Assembly: GCF_006345805.1 (NCBI RefSeq)
Contig: NC_042998.1
Span: 205,964,001-206,028,000, forward strand
Reading direction: 5' to 3'
DNA length: 64,000 nt
From: Octopus sinensis
Lineage: Eukaryota
Each line of letters begins with the position of its first letter. Position 1 is the first letter of the stretch. Positions 11,509-22,790 of this stretch are shown here, one piece after another. Position numbers and translations under genes: made by a program. Below the pieces are notes generated by a model. The model made no database searches. It was not told the origin of the DNA and was given only the letters and a program-made list of their open reading frames with translations.

Positions 11509-11995
11509 ATGCCCTATGCAGTATTAGGCAGTGGCTCTCATGGCTTCTGATCTTAACTGATTAGAAGTGTTAAAATGTACATTGTTTTGTCTTGGTATAA
11601 TAGATGGGCTACAGCAAATATTCTGCTCAATACCACAGATTTGCTTGTCAGTTGTTTGTCCATAACCAGTTGAGCATGTCCCTTAGTGGCTGATGATATG
11701 TGCATCACTGATCACGAGCACAAGTAGTGGGGGAGCATCATAGCCATGTGCTGAGAGGAGTTCTTTGGGGTTTGAATAATCCACCTCTGGAGGCGTGGGT
11801 GTTTTGTTCAACATCCTTAAACAACCCTTATTCAGGGACCTTCTGAGCGGGATGGGTTACTCGACTAAAAGAAAATTCTAACTGGGCCCCACCTGCAAGG
11901 TCATGTGTTGTTTATCTTGATGAGATCACCATGTTGCATACATATGGTTGTGATGCATGTGCCAGGTGTACCCTTATCAGATGGGTATACTGGAC
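11509..11995 (-). mobile_element. Unclassified ~550-bp element, tandem second copy (one end truncated)
   Basis: Direct repeat of 10936-11430, separated from it by (AAT)n. Confidence 0.85.
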
Positions 11996-12324
11996 TTAAT
12001 AACTCATGCCAGTATGGAAGACAGGCATTAAATGATGATGATGATTTGAATTCTTTGTCTAAACTCAGTATGGACGTGTGAGTGTACTCTACCAATGTAT
12101 AAAGTGAGTTTCTCTGCCCTAGGTGTCAGGAATATACTTGGCAAAAAATGGAAACAAAATTGAAAGATGATAATAATAATAATAATCTCCTCAATTCAAT
12201 AAGCTACATTAACTATCATATGATATGATTCCTATATAAAAACACAATATTTCTAATCAATGAAGTCTAATCAATAAATGTTGATAAACTTTAATCTTGA
12301 ATTGAGTAACTGATAACAAATTAT

Positions 12325-12436
12325 AGTGGTGGTGGTGGTGGTGGTAGTGTTGGGGAGTATAATGATGATGATTATGATGAGGATGATGATGGTGGTGGTG
12401 GTGTGGTGGTGGTGGTGGTGATGGTAGTGGTGGTGG

Positions 12437-12467
<31 letters not shown>

Positions 12468-12635
12468 ATGATGATGATGGTGATGGTAGCAGCAATGGTG
12501 TGGTGACGATGTTGATGGTGGTGGTGGTGGTAGAGATGTTTGTGCTGGATAGTGGTGAGTGATGGTGATGATGATGGTGAATATGTTCACTGTGAAGGTA
12601 GTGATAATGAGGATGATGCTGGTAGTGATGGTGAT
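12325..12635. repeat. Compound (GGT)n/(GAT)n trinucleotide low-complexity tract
   Basis: Directly visible; source of the poly-His/poly-Ile ORFs in the track. Confidence 0.9.
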
Positions 12636-13010
12636 ATCCTTCACTTTTTAAGACGGCAGTGTTATTTCTGGGCTATTTGGCTGCTATTATTCGCAGCTCA
12701 TATTGATTTGCATCACTTGACATTTGTCCCTTGCAATATTTTCTCCATGTTCAAGCTTAAACCCAACTCCCACCCTAATTACATTTAAATGAATTAACAA
12801 AAGCTATTTCCTGAAGGTGAACTAGATCTGACCCCTACACACACACATACACATCTCCTTAAGTGTCTTTAGAAATTATGTCAATATTCATCATTCTAAC
12901 CCCCACCACCACCACCACCACTTTACATCATGTTTCCCCATCAGAAGTTGTACAACAGCCCTAACAATCACACTAAACTGGGAGGATTTGCTAAAGTTGG
13001 AGACACCTCC

Positions 13011-13301
13011 TTAACCCTTTTGCTACCGTATTTATTTTGAGATGCTCTGTGTTTCTTTCAATTAATTTTAAATCATCATCGTTTAATGTCTGCTTTCCAT
13101 GCTAGCATGGGTTGGATGATTTGACTGAGGTCTGGCGAACCAGATGGCTGAGCAAAATAACTTAGTTATTATTCAGCTGGTGTTAGGAACAAATTGTGAC
13201 TAAGGTTTGGTGGAAGATTTTAATTAAAAACTTATGAAAACAAGATATTTGTAATACAGGACCAGGGGCAGTTTCAGCTGGGTTGGTATCGAAACGGTTA
13301 A
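13011..13301. mobile_element. piggyBac-type MITE with TTAA target duplications, interrupted by an RTE tail (13073-13150, minus)
   Basis: TTAA-cccttttgctacc ... ggtatcgaaacgg-TTAA (13-bp TIR, 3 mismatches). Confidence 0.7.
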
Positions 13302-13713
13302 AGACTAATTTTTCTAAGTCTCTGGCAAAGAAATGCATTTTATTTTTTAGCAAGTATCAGCCTAAATGTTTTTGAGGGCTGGGCTACATTTGATTAAATA
13401 AATCCTATTTTACAAATGAAAGTGAAAGTATCTCCACTGCTGTCACTATATGAGAGTAGAACCACATACATTTGTCCTACAAGTGATCCCTCTCACTCTC
13501 CTTGGAACTATTTCTCTTAACATCCATCCTTCTGTACCACCAGCTGTCTTTCCCTTGAGCTACATCTTAGGACATCCTTAACATCCTTCCATATCTACCA
13601 TCAATGCCACCCAACATTTGTTTATCTTTAAACCAACTCCTACATACTACTAACCTCCGTCTCTCTCTCACCTCCATCTCTCCACACATAAGCTCTGTTT
13701 TTCTCATCTGTTT

Positions 13714-14755
13714 ACAGTTCTATTATACTTCAGCTCTCACCCCTTCCTTCCTCACCTATTCATATTTCTTTCACCTCGTTCCCAAACTCTATATTTCCCA
13801 TTGACTACCCATAATTCAGCTCTCACCCTTTCCTTCCTCACCTATTCATATCTCTTTCACCTTGTTCCCAAACACTATATTTCCCATTGACTACCCATAA
13901 TTCAGCTCTCACCCCTTCCTTCCTCACCTATTCATATCTCTTTCACCTTGTTCCCAAACACTATATTTCCCATTGACTACCCATAATTCAGCTCTCACCC
14001 CTTCCTTCCTCACCTATTCATATCTCTTTCACCTTGTTCCCAAACACTATATTTCCCATTGACTACCCATAATTCAGCTCTCACCCTTTCCTTCCTCACC
14101 TATTCATATCTCTTTCACCTTGTTCCCAAACACTATATTTCCCATTGACTACCCATAATTCAGCTCCCACCCTTTCCTTCCTCACCTATTCATATCTCTT
14201 TCACTTGTTCCCAAACACTATATTTCCCATTGACTACCCATATTCAGCTCCACCCCTTCCTTCCTCACCTATTCATATCTCTTTCACCTTGTTCCCAAAC
14301 ACTATATTTCCCATTGACTACCCATAATTCAGCTCTCCCTCTCCTTCCTTCCTCCTCCTATTCATATCTCTTCACCTTGTTCCCAAACACTATATTTCCC
14401 ATTGACTACCCATAATTCAGCTCTCACCCCTTCCTTCCTCACCTATTCATATCTCTTTCACCTTGTTCCCAAACTATATTTCCCATTGACTACCCATATT
14501 CAGCTCTCACCCCTTCCTTCCTCACCTATATTCATATCTCTTTCACCTTGTTCCCAAACACTATATTTCCCATTGACTACCCATAATTCAGCTCTCACCC
14601 CTTCCTTCCTCACCTATTCATATCTCTTTCACCTTGTTCCCAAACTCTATATTTCCCACAGTTCTATTATACATCAGCTCTCACCCCTTCCTTCCTCACC
14701 TATTCATATCTCTTTCACCTTGTTCCCAAACTCTATTTCCCATTGACTTCCCATA
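13714..14755. repeat. 86-bp tandem minisatellite, about 12 copies
   Basis: Unit ataattcagctctcaccccttccttcctcacctattcatatctctttcaccttgttcccaaacactatatttcccattgactaccc; copies start at 13811, 13897, 13983, 14069 and so on. Confidence 0.95.
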
Positions 14756-15099
14756 GTTAACATTTAGTACATTCACCTCTACTTCCATCTCTAATCACTC
14801 ACTCCCCTCTCACACGCTTGTAAACTTATCCCCTCACCCTTCCTCATTCTTTGTCCATATTCTCTCTCTGGTACTCACTTTATTGAACTTTGAGAGTACA
14901 CTCTGACACCTCATCACCACCATCTTCATCTTCTTTCTCCCACCCATCCTTATATAAAACAGGGTGGCCATATATATCCTCCAAAGCAGGACACCTGTCA
15001 CCTGTCCCTCTATCATACTTTAACCTCTCAACAGCTGGCATAAAACCAGCTCTTCCTCAACTACACTCCCCCACTTAGTTGAAGGTTTTTTTTCTTTAT

Positions 15100-15315
15100 C
15101 TTGCAAGTTGCTAGGCAACCCTACCTGCATCAGTGTCTTGGAAACATCACCCAGTTCACTCTGTAAAATGATTAGCATTGGGAAGGGTACTCAACCACAA
15201 AAACCATACCAAAACAGACAGTAGGGCTCAATGCAGGCCTCTGGCTCATTGGATGCTGTCAAACCATCCAACCCAAGCCAGCATGGAAGAGGCAGCATTA
15301 AAAGATGATGATGAT
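15100..15315 (+). mobile_element. RTE 3'UTR fragment (old)
   Basis: gcattgggaagggtactcaacc...ccaagccagcatggaa...gatgatgat. Confidence 0.6.
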
Positions 15316-15432
15316 TTGAATTCTTTGTTTAAATTCAGTAAGGGTTCAGAGGCTATAAAGGTACAGGGGCTGTAAGGGTTCAGGGGTTGTAAGGGTTTAG
15401 TGGTTGTAAAGAGTTAGGAATAAACACCCCAC

Positions 15433-15480
<48 letters not shown>

Positions 15481-16619
15481 ATTCACCTTGTCTGTTTAAA
15501 GCTAACATCTCTGGATGACTTGATACATTGTTTCTGGTAAAAACACAGCCGAAAGTAAATCTAGACTGTTCCCACGACAAAATTGAATTCAACCCTAATG
15601 TACATCTGGTATTTTATTTTTTTCAGCCCCAAGAAAGAGATGGAAAACAAAGTCAGTTCAACTACTTCCAGTATGCTGCCATTGTTCATTAAAAAAAAAT
15701 TTCATTTCCATTTAGGTTTGACAAAAATATAATGAAACAACTTTTCTGTTGATTGTCTTTATTTCAAGTTAGGTTGATGAGTCTCTTAAATTGATTCACC
15801 AACAAAATTAAACTGTAAAATATTTTTAAATTTTTTCTTGTTTTTTGAATGTTTTTATATTTCTTAAAATTTTAATTATCTTGTTACTATAATTTCTAGA
15901 AACTTCTACTGTGAAAAAAATTAGACATTTCACTTTTTACAATCAACTTAAAGCTTTTAAAATATAGATTAATTCTTACACACATTATAATCATCATCAC
16001 CATCACTACCAACATCATAATAACTATAACTTAGTACTTTATAAACAATTTCGCCAAATACAATTTAATATACCCTGCTGATTTTTTTTTTATTAGCCTG
16101 TATGTAAAAATATTTGATGGCAAAACAATTCTCCTCTGCTTCTCTTTCTCACATTAAGTCTTCGTAGTCCATTGATCTCTGATGAAGACTTAGTCTGTGG
16201 TCTCAACAGTCAGTGGTGGGTGGGAATGCATGGGCCTCTGCAGTCCAAAGTGTAGAGGGACAAATACATAAAGTATCAAAACTTGATACTCAACCATAAA
16301 GTGTCAAACATAGCAATTTTGAGTCTAGGGTCTGAAAGAAAGCAGGGAGGTTAAGATGCTGGGTTACTAGTAACCCATCTGTGATGTGAAACTTTACTCG
16401 TGGGATTTTGTTGTGACTGGGCAAGGGACATAACTCGGCCTCATCTTGTCTCCATGACTTGCAAACAAAGCAAGTTCAGATCTGAAATAAATTGTCTCCA
16501 CTGAAAACAACAGCATCAAAACATAGATGTAGCTGGAGAAACAACAGGACACATACCTATGTTTGTCTCACAGAACCTCGCTGACAATGTGTTTTATTCC
16601 TACACCGCCAGATAAGGGA

Positions 16620-18182
16620 TCGGGGATCCGATCCCTTATCTGGTGGTCAATGCAGAAACAAGGGATAGATGAGTGGCTGGTGAGAGCTGTACAAGCAATG
16701 TACAGGGATGCTATCAGTAAGGTGAGGGTTGGCAATGAGTATAGTAAAGAATTCCAGGTAAAAGTAGGGGTTCAACATGGATCAGTCCTCAGCCCCCTCT
16801 TATTCATCAAAGTCCTCCAGGCAATAACAGAGGAATTCAAGACAGGCTACCCCTGGGAACTCTTCTATGCTGATGACCTTGCTCTAATAGTTGAGTCACT
16901 ATCAGAACTAGAGGAAAATTTTCAGGTGTGGAAAAAAGGATTAGAATAGAAGGGCCTTAGAGTTAATCTAGCAAATACCAAAGTCTTAATAAGTAGGAAG
17001 GCAGACAAATCACAAATCCCTTCAGGTAGATGGCCCTGCTCAATCTGTTGGAAAGGTGTAGGTAGAAATTTCATAAGATGTACCCAGTGTAAGCTATGGA
17101 CACATAAGATGTGCAGCAACATCAAAGGAAGGCTAAATGGGAAGATAGTTTTTGTATGTGGTAGATGCTCAGGAGCAATAAACACTGAAAATGTACAGAG
17201 AACAGATTCCATCACATGCCAGGAGGAAAAACTAGAAATAGTTGATAGCTTCTGTTACCTAGGTGACCTAGTCAGTAGCAGGGGTGGATGCTATGAGAGC
17301 ATAGCTGCTAGAATAAGAAGAGCCTGGGCAAAGTTCAGGGAGCTCCTACTTCTGCTGGTAACAAAGGGCCTCTCACTCAGAGTGAAAGGTAGACTGTATG
17401 ACGCATGTGCGCGAACAGCCATGCTACACGGCAGTGAAATATGAGCTGCAACTGCTGAGGACATGCATAGGCTTAAAAGAAACGAAGCTAGTAATGTAAT
17501 GTCAGTGTGCATGCACGACAGAGTGTAAGCACCCTGAGAGAAAAGTTGGTCATAAAAAGTATCAGATGTGGTGTGCAAGAGAGACAACTGCACTGGTGTG
17601 GTCATGTGTTGTGTATGGATGAGGACAGTTATGTGAAGTATCACACCCTAACAGAGGAAGGAATCTGTGGAAGAGGTAGACCTGGGAAGACCTGGGATGA
17701 GGTGGTGAAACACAACCTTCGAATGTTGTGCCTCACAGAGGCAATGACAAGTGACCGAGACCTTTGGAGATATGCTGTGCTTGAGAGGACCGAGCAAGCC
17801 AAGTGAGATCATAGCCAAGTCACATAATTGTGCCAGTGTCACATAACTGGCCTGTTTAAAAGTACCCATCAATCGTCGGGCAATATTCTGTGCTTGAGAA
17901 GGCTTGTTGAATCAATCATAGTTGTGGCCTGACTGGCACGTAAAAAGCACCATTCAAGTGTGGTCAATGCCAGTGCTGCTTGACAGGTTCTTGTGCCAGT
18001 GGCACGTAAAAAGCACCCACTACACTCTCAGAGTGGTTGGCATTAGGAAGGGCATCCAGCTGTAGAAACCTTGCCAGATCAGAAAGGAGCTTGGTGCAGC
18101 CTCCTGGCTTGCCAGCCCTCAGTCAATCAATCCCACCCATGCCAGTATGGAAAGTGGCCCCTTAAATGACGATGATGATGAT
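16620..18182 (+). mobile_element. 5'-truncated RTE-clade LINE (RT domains, PHD-like finger, 3'UTR, (GAT)n tail)
   Basis: GVQHGSVLSPLLF, ELFYADDLAL, RWPCSICWKGVGRNFIRCTQCKLWTH, FCYLGD, AWAKFRELL, GRGRPGKTW; frameshifted. Confidence 0.92.
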
Positions 18183-19159
18183 CACAACTGAATAATTAAG
18201 TTGGAGGAAAGGCAAGCCCCACTGCATGACAACTTGACAAAATAAATAAAAACATCCTCATTCACTTTTTGATACTCAGGCAGAATTCTTTGAAGTCTGT
18301 TTTCTAGGACTGGATGCTTTTCCTGTCACCAACCCATACCTGTTTCTAAACAAGGTGATAATCCCCAAATCTAACAAACAATCTGGACATAGTTATGCAG
18401 GGAGCTGGAAACAGATGATACGATTTGAATGAACTTTTTGTTTACAGTCAGCAAAGATGAGGGAAATACAAACTCACACAAACACCAACAGAGATACACA
18501 TATATATACACGTGCGTGTGTGTGCATGCATTCTAGCCTCATCCTGATCATGCCCACCCTCTCTTCTATAATGTAACCATGTAGTTCTCTTGAAGCAGGA
18601 AACCAATTCTATTCTGGCTTTTTCTCTCACACTTTAACCTCTCATACCCTACTACAAGGCTATCTCCCAATCTTCTGTAGCCCCACTTAGTTGAAGGAGA
18701 TCTTAGTTTTAGAAATTGCATCATGAATTCTGCTGCCATGAAAAAAAAAGCACCCAGGACACACTGTAAAATAGCCTGCATTAGGAAGGGCATCCAGTTC
18801 TAGAAACAGACACAATGCAGTCCTCCAACGCATTAGATCCTGCAACTGGTGGTACAGGGCAAAAATCTCAGTTGCTACATACAATAATGAAGGTGATTTA
18901 AGGGGTGTCTCCCCAGAAGAGCTGGAGAAGCTGAAAGGGGAAGAATAGCTCAGGCAGTAACAGCAGCAGCAGACCTCAAGGATTACTAGTCACCACCAAC
19001 TGCTGCTCAGGAAACTCCATGTGACATCGCCTTATCCCCAGTTCTAAGAACTGACTAGGAAACTGAAGGAACCCTCTTCCATCATTCCTAGAGAAAGCAA
19101 GGAAAAGGTGTGATGGACGGTATCTTTTTCTAGAATTGTATAAATTTCAGTTCTTAGTA

Positions 19160-19470
19160 TCATCATCATTCATCATTTAGCGTCCGCTTTCCATGCTAGC
19201 ATGGGTTGGACGGTTCAACTGGGGTCTGGGAAGCCAGAAGGCTGCACCAGGCCCAGTCTGATCTGGCAGTGTTTCTACGGCTGGATGCCCTTCCTAACGC
19301 CAACCACTCCGTGAGTGTAGTGGGTGCTTTTTACGTGCCACCTGCACAGGTGCCAGACGGGGCTGCCAAACAGCCACGGACGGATGGTGCTTTTTACGTG
19401 CCGCCGGCACGGGGGCCAGACAAGGCTGGCAACGGCCACGATCGGATGGTGCTTTTTACGTGCCACCTGT
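19160..19470 (-). mobile_element. RTE 3'UTR/tail copy (young, CpG-retaining)
   Basis: catcat..gtccgctttccatgctagcatggg...ggatgcccttcctaacgccaaccactcc plus ~60-bp units. A smaller fragment is at about 19640-19750(-). Confidence 0.85.
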
Positions 19471-20634
19471 ATAAAAACTGAAAATCTGATGGAATTCTGA
19501 ATAAACTGAAAGAAAAAGAGGGGGTGGAGCAATGTATGGAGGGAGGGGAGAATAACTCCAAAATCAATGATTGATATAGTTATTTTTATGGTTTCTAATA
19601 ATTCCTGTGGTATAGAACTTGTTTGTGTTTTCAGTCCTCACATCATCACCATTTAACATCCATTTTCCTTGCTAGCATGGGTTGGACAGTTTGACAGGAC
19701 CTGATGGGTTATGTTGGGCTCCAGTGCTGGCTTTGGCATGATTTCTATATCAGAAATGGTTTCTCTGTCACAAACTATTATTCGCTATTATCACATTTCT
19801 AAAAACAACTTCTACTAATACCATTCAGATTCTTGAATTTTATCCTTTTAAGTATAATTGCTGACCAGGAGGGTATTTTAGAAGGGTGCTGTTTAAGGAC
19901 CAAAACACACACACACATGTATGAGTGTGTGTGCTTTCACACAAGTTCAGTTCCTCTCACAGGAACAACTAACTTTTTATGATGGTTCATCTGCAGTGAC
20001 GGTAGCCCATCTATTCAAGACACCTAATGTCTGCTAAAAATCAACAGAAATATCCCAAACCTCCAAGTTGAAAAAGCAACCTCTTGACTGCTGGTGTCAT
20101 AATAAATACAGCCAATGTGGCATGGGTCATAGCAATAAGACGGAAGATCTGATGGTAGAAATAACAGCCAAAGCCATTTGCAGAACCCTTCAACTTATGA
20201 AAGATGGAAATAAACCATTAATGAGATGACAATGACAATGATGATGATGACGATGATGATGATGATGATAAGGTTCTTTGCTTTGTCAGCCCTAAGTGAA
20301 CTCAATACAAGCAAATAGATGGTATTGAGTCAAATGGCTGCTTCCAAAATAATTTTGACACAGGGGCTTCAACTTAGAAATAAATTCAGTAAAGAAAGAG
20401 TGCAGTATTGTTTTGAGCTATTGACAACAATTTAACTATTCCATAAGTAACAGAGAAATATGAAAAAAATGTTGGGTAGGGAAGAAGTTTAAGTGAAATG
20501 GTGTGAATAGAGAAGATATTTGAAGTTAGATGATAAGGAGAGAGAAATGTGTCAGAGTAAAAGTGACATATGTGAGGTGACAATTAAGGTTGATTAGATA
20601 AGGGGAAAGAAAACTGGGGATAGAAGTAGAAGCA

Positions 20635-22008
20635 ATTACTACCAGAACTAGAGAAGAAATGTCAGGTGTGGAAGCAAGGGCCTTAGAGTCACTGTTGCAA
20701 AGACCCAAAGACCAAAGTTCTAGTAGGAAGGCGAACTCATCACACACCGCTTCAGAGAGGTGGCCCTGCTCAATCTGTAGTAAAGGTGTAGGTAGAAACT
20801 CCATAAGATGTACCCAGTGTAAGCTATGGACACATAAGAGGTGCAGCAATATCAAAGGAAAATTAACCGGGAAGACAACTTTCGTGTGCAGCCGATGCAC
20901 AGGGGCAATAAACACCACAGATGCTCAGAAAACAGATTCCATCACATGCCAGGGGGAGAAACTAGTAGTTGATAGCTTCCGCTACCTAGGTGACCAAGTC
21001 TGTAGCAGGGGTGGATGTTCTGAGAGCATTGCCTCTAGAATAAGAATAGCCTGGGCAAAGTTCAGAAAGCTTCTACCCCAACTGGTGACAAAGGGCCTCT
21101 TGCTCAGAGTGAAAGGTAGATTGTACGAAGCATGTGTACGAACGGCCATGCTGCACAGCAGTGAAACATGGGCCATGACTGCAGAGGACATGCAGAGGCT
21201 CAAAAGAAATGAAATTAGCATGATCCCCTGGATGTGTAATGTCAGTGTCCATGCACGACAGAGTGTAAGCGCCCTTAGAGAAATGTTAGACGTAACAAGC
21301 ATCGGATGTGGTGTGCAAGAGAGACGTTTGTGTTGGTATGGTCATGTACTACGAATGGATGAGGAGAGCTGTGTGAAGAAGTGCCACTCCCAAACAGTTG
21401 AAGTGATCCAGGGTAGAAGTAGACCCAGGAAGACATGGGATAAGGTGGTCAAGCATGACCGTCAACTGTTGGGCCTCACAGAGGCAATGATGAAAGACTA
21501 AGACCTCTGGAGATATGCTGTGACTGCAAAGACCCGGCAAATAAAGTGAGTTCACAGCTGTAACCTACATCAGTGTCGCATAACCATTCCCGCCCACTCA
21601 AACGTACCTTGGTTCATAGGGGGACATGCTGTGCTTGAGGAGACCTATTGAGTCAAGTACATCAAAATCAAATGGAAATTGTAGTTGTGATACCCATGCT
21701 GGTGGCGTGTAAAAAGCACCAACCGAACGTAGCTGATGCCAGCACCACCTTGACTGGCTTCTGTGCCAGTGGCACATAAAGAGCACCAACCGATCATGGT
21801 CGTTGCTAAGCTCCTCTGGCTCCTGTGCTGGTGGCACATAAAAAGCACCCACTACACTCTCGGAGTGGTTGGCGCTAGGAAGGGCATCCAGCTGTAGAAA
21901 CCTTGCCAGATCAGAATGGAGCCTGGTGCAGCCTCCTGGCTTCCCAGACCCCAGTCGAACCATCCAACCCATGCCAGCATGGAAAATGGACGTTAAATGA
22001 TGATGATG
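20635..22008 (+). mobile_element. 5'-truncated RTE-clade LINE; 280-aa open segment with PHD-like finger
   Basis: ORF 20659-21501: RWPCSICSKGVGRNSIRCTQCKLWTHKRCS...FVCSRC...FRYLGD...MLHSSETW...RLCWYGHVLRM...GRSRPRKTW; 3'UTR ends in gatgatgat. Confidence 0.92.
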
Positions 22009-22629
22009 AATTGCATGGGGGGATAATAAGGAAAAGACAATAACAATGAAGAGAAATAAATGAATGACAGGGGATTATATGTAGAATGAAAAAGGGTAAG
22101 ATGATAGAATTATATGAAGACGAAAAAGGGTGTAGCAGGATTATTATGATGAAAAGACATAATGTTAAATGGGAATATAAAAGAAAAAAAGACAGAATTA
22201 TGAGGAAAATATGTGAAGGTAAAAGACAGACAATGGGTAGCAGGGATTGGATGGACTTGCCTTAGAATTGTAGATTTTAAATTTGACACATCTGGCCATG
22301 AATGTAAAACCAGCTGCGCAACTGCATGTGTGTGTGTGTGTAAATGCACAATTTTCTTGTATGTGTGTGTACATATATGTGTTTGTTTGTGTGTGATATT
22401 TACATGTGCGTGTCAATGTGCATTTTGTTTATATGTGTTTGTTTATGTGTAAATGAATGTGCATGAAGTATGTGTGTGCATGAGAGAGAAAGAGAGAGAG
22501 AGAGAGAGTGTGTGTGTGAGGTTCAATGCAAGTGTGTGCATGTGTGCACATGCATATACACATGTGTTTTGTGATTATAAAATATATATAGAAATATGAT
22601 AAGACATAATCATGTGAGGTTGTGTGTGC

Positions 22630-22681
22630 GTGTGTGTGACTTGTCTGTCTGAATGAGCATGTGAGTGTATATGCATGTGTG

Positions 22682-22720
<39 letters not shown>

Positions 22721-22790
22721 CTTGTCTGTCTGAATGAGCATGTGAGTGTATATGCATGTGTGAAACTGTGTGTGTGTGTGTGTGTGTGTG
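22630..22790. repeat. Tandem duplication (~80 bp x2) embedded in (TG)n
   Basis: gacttgtctgtctgaatgagcatgtgagtgtatatgcatgtgtgaaact(gt)n occurs twice. Confidence 0.85.

Noticed and set aside
12271-12788. Poly-His, poly-Ile and Asp-rich ORFs
   Set aside because: Translation of trinucleotide microsatellites.
13714-14755. CRISPR array, coding repeat or ribozyme satellite
   Set aside because: No unique spacers, period 86 is not a multiple of 3, and there is no hammerhead core.
16179-16215. CTGATGA followed by a small hairpin (hammerhead?)
   Set aside because: No GAAA after the stem and no stem III.
18880-19130. ORF-like purine-rich stretch
   Set aside because: Interrupted by stops, with no identifiable homology or splice signals.
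21690-21850. CRISPR-like hairpin repeats with spacers
   Set aside because: The spacers are homologous to each other, sit in a LINE 3'UTR in a eukaryote, and there are no cas genes.
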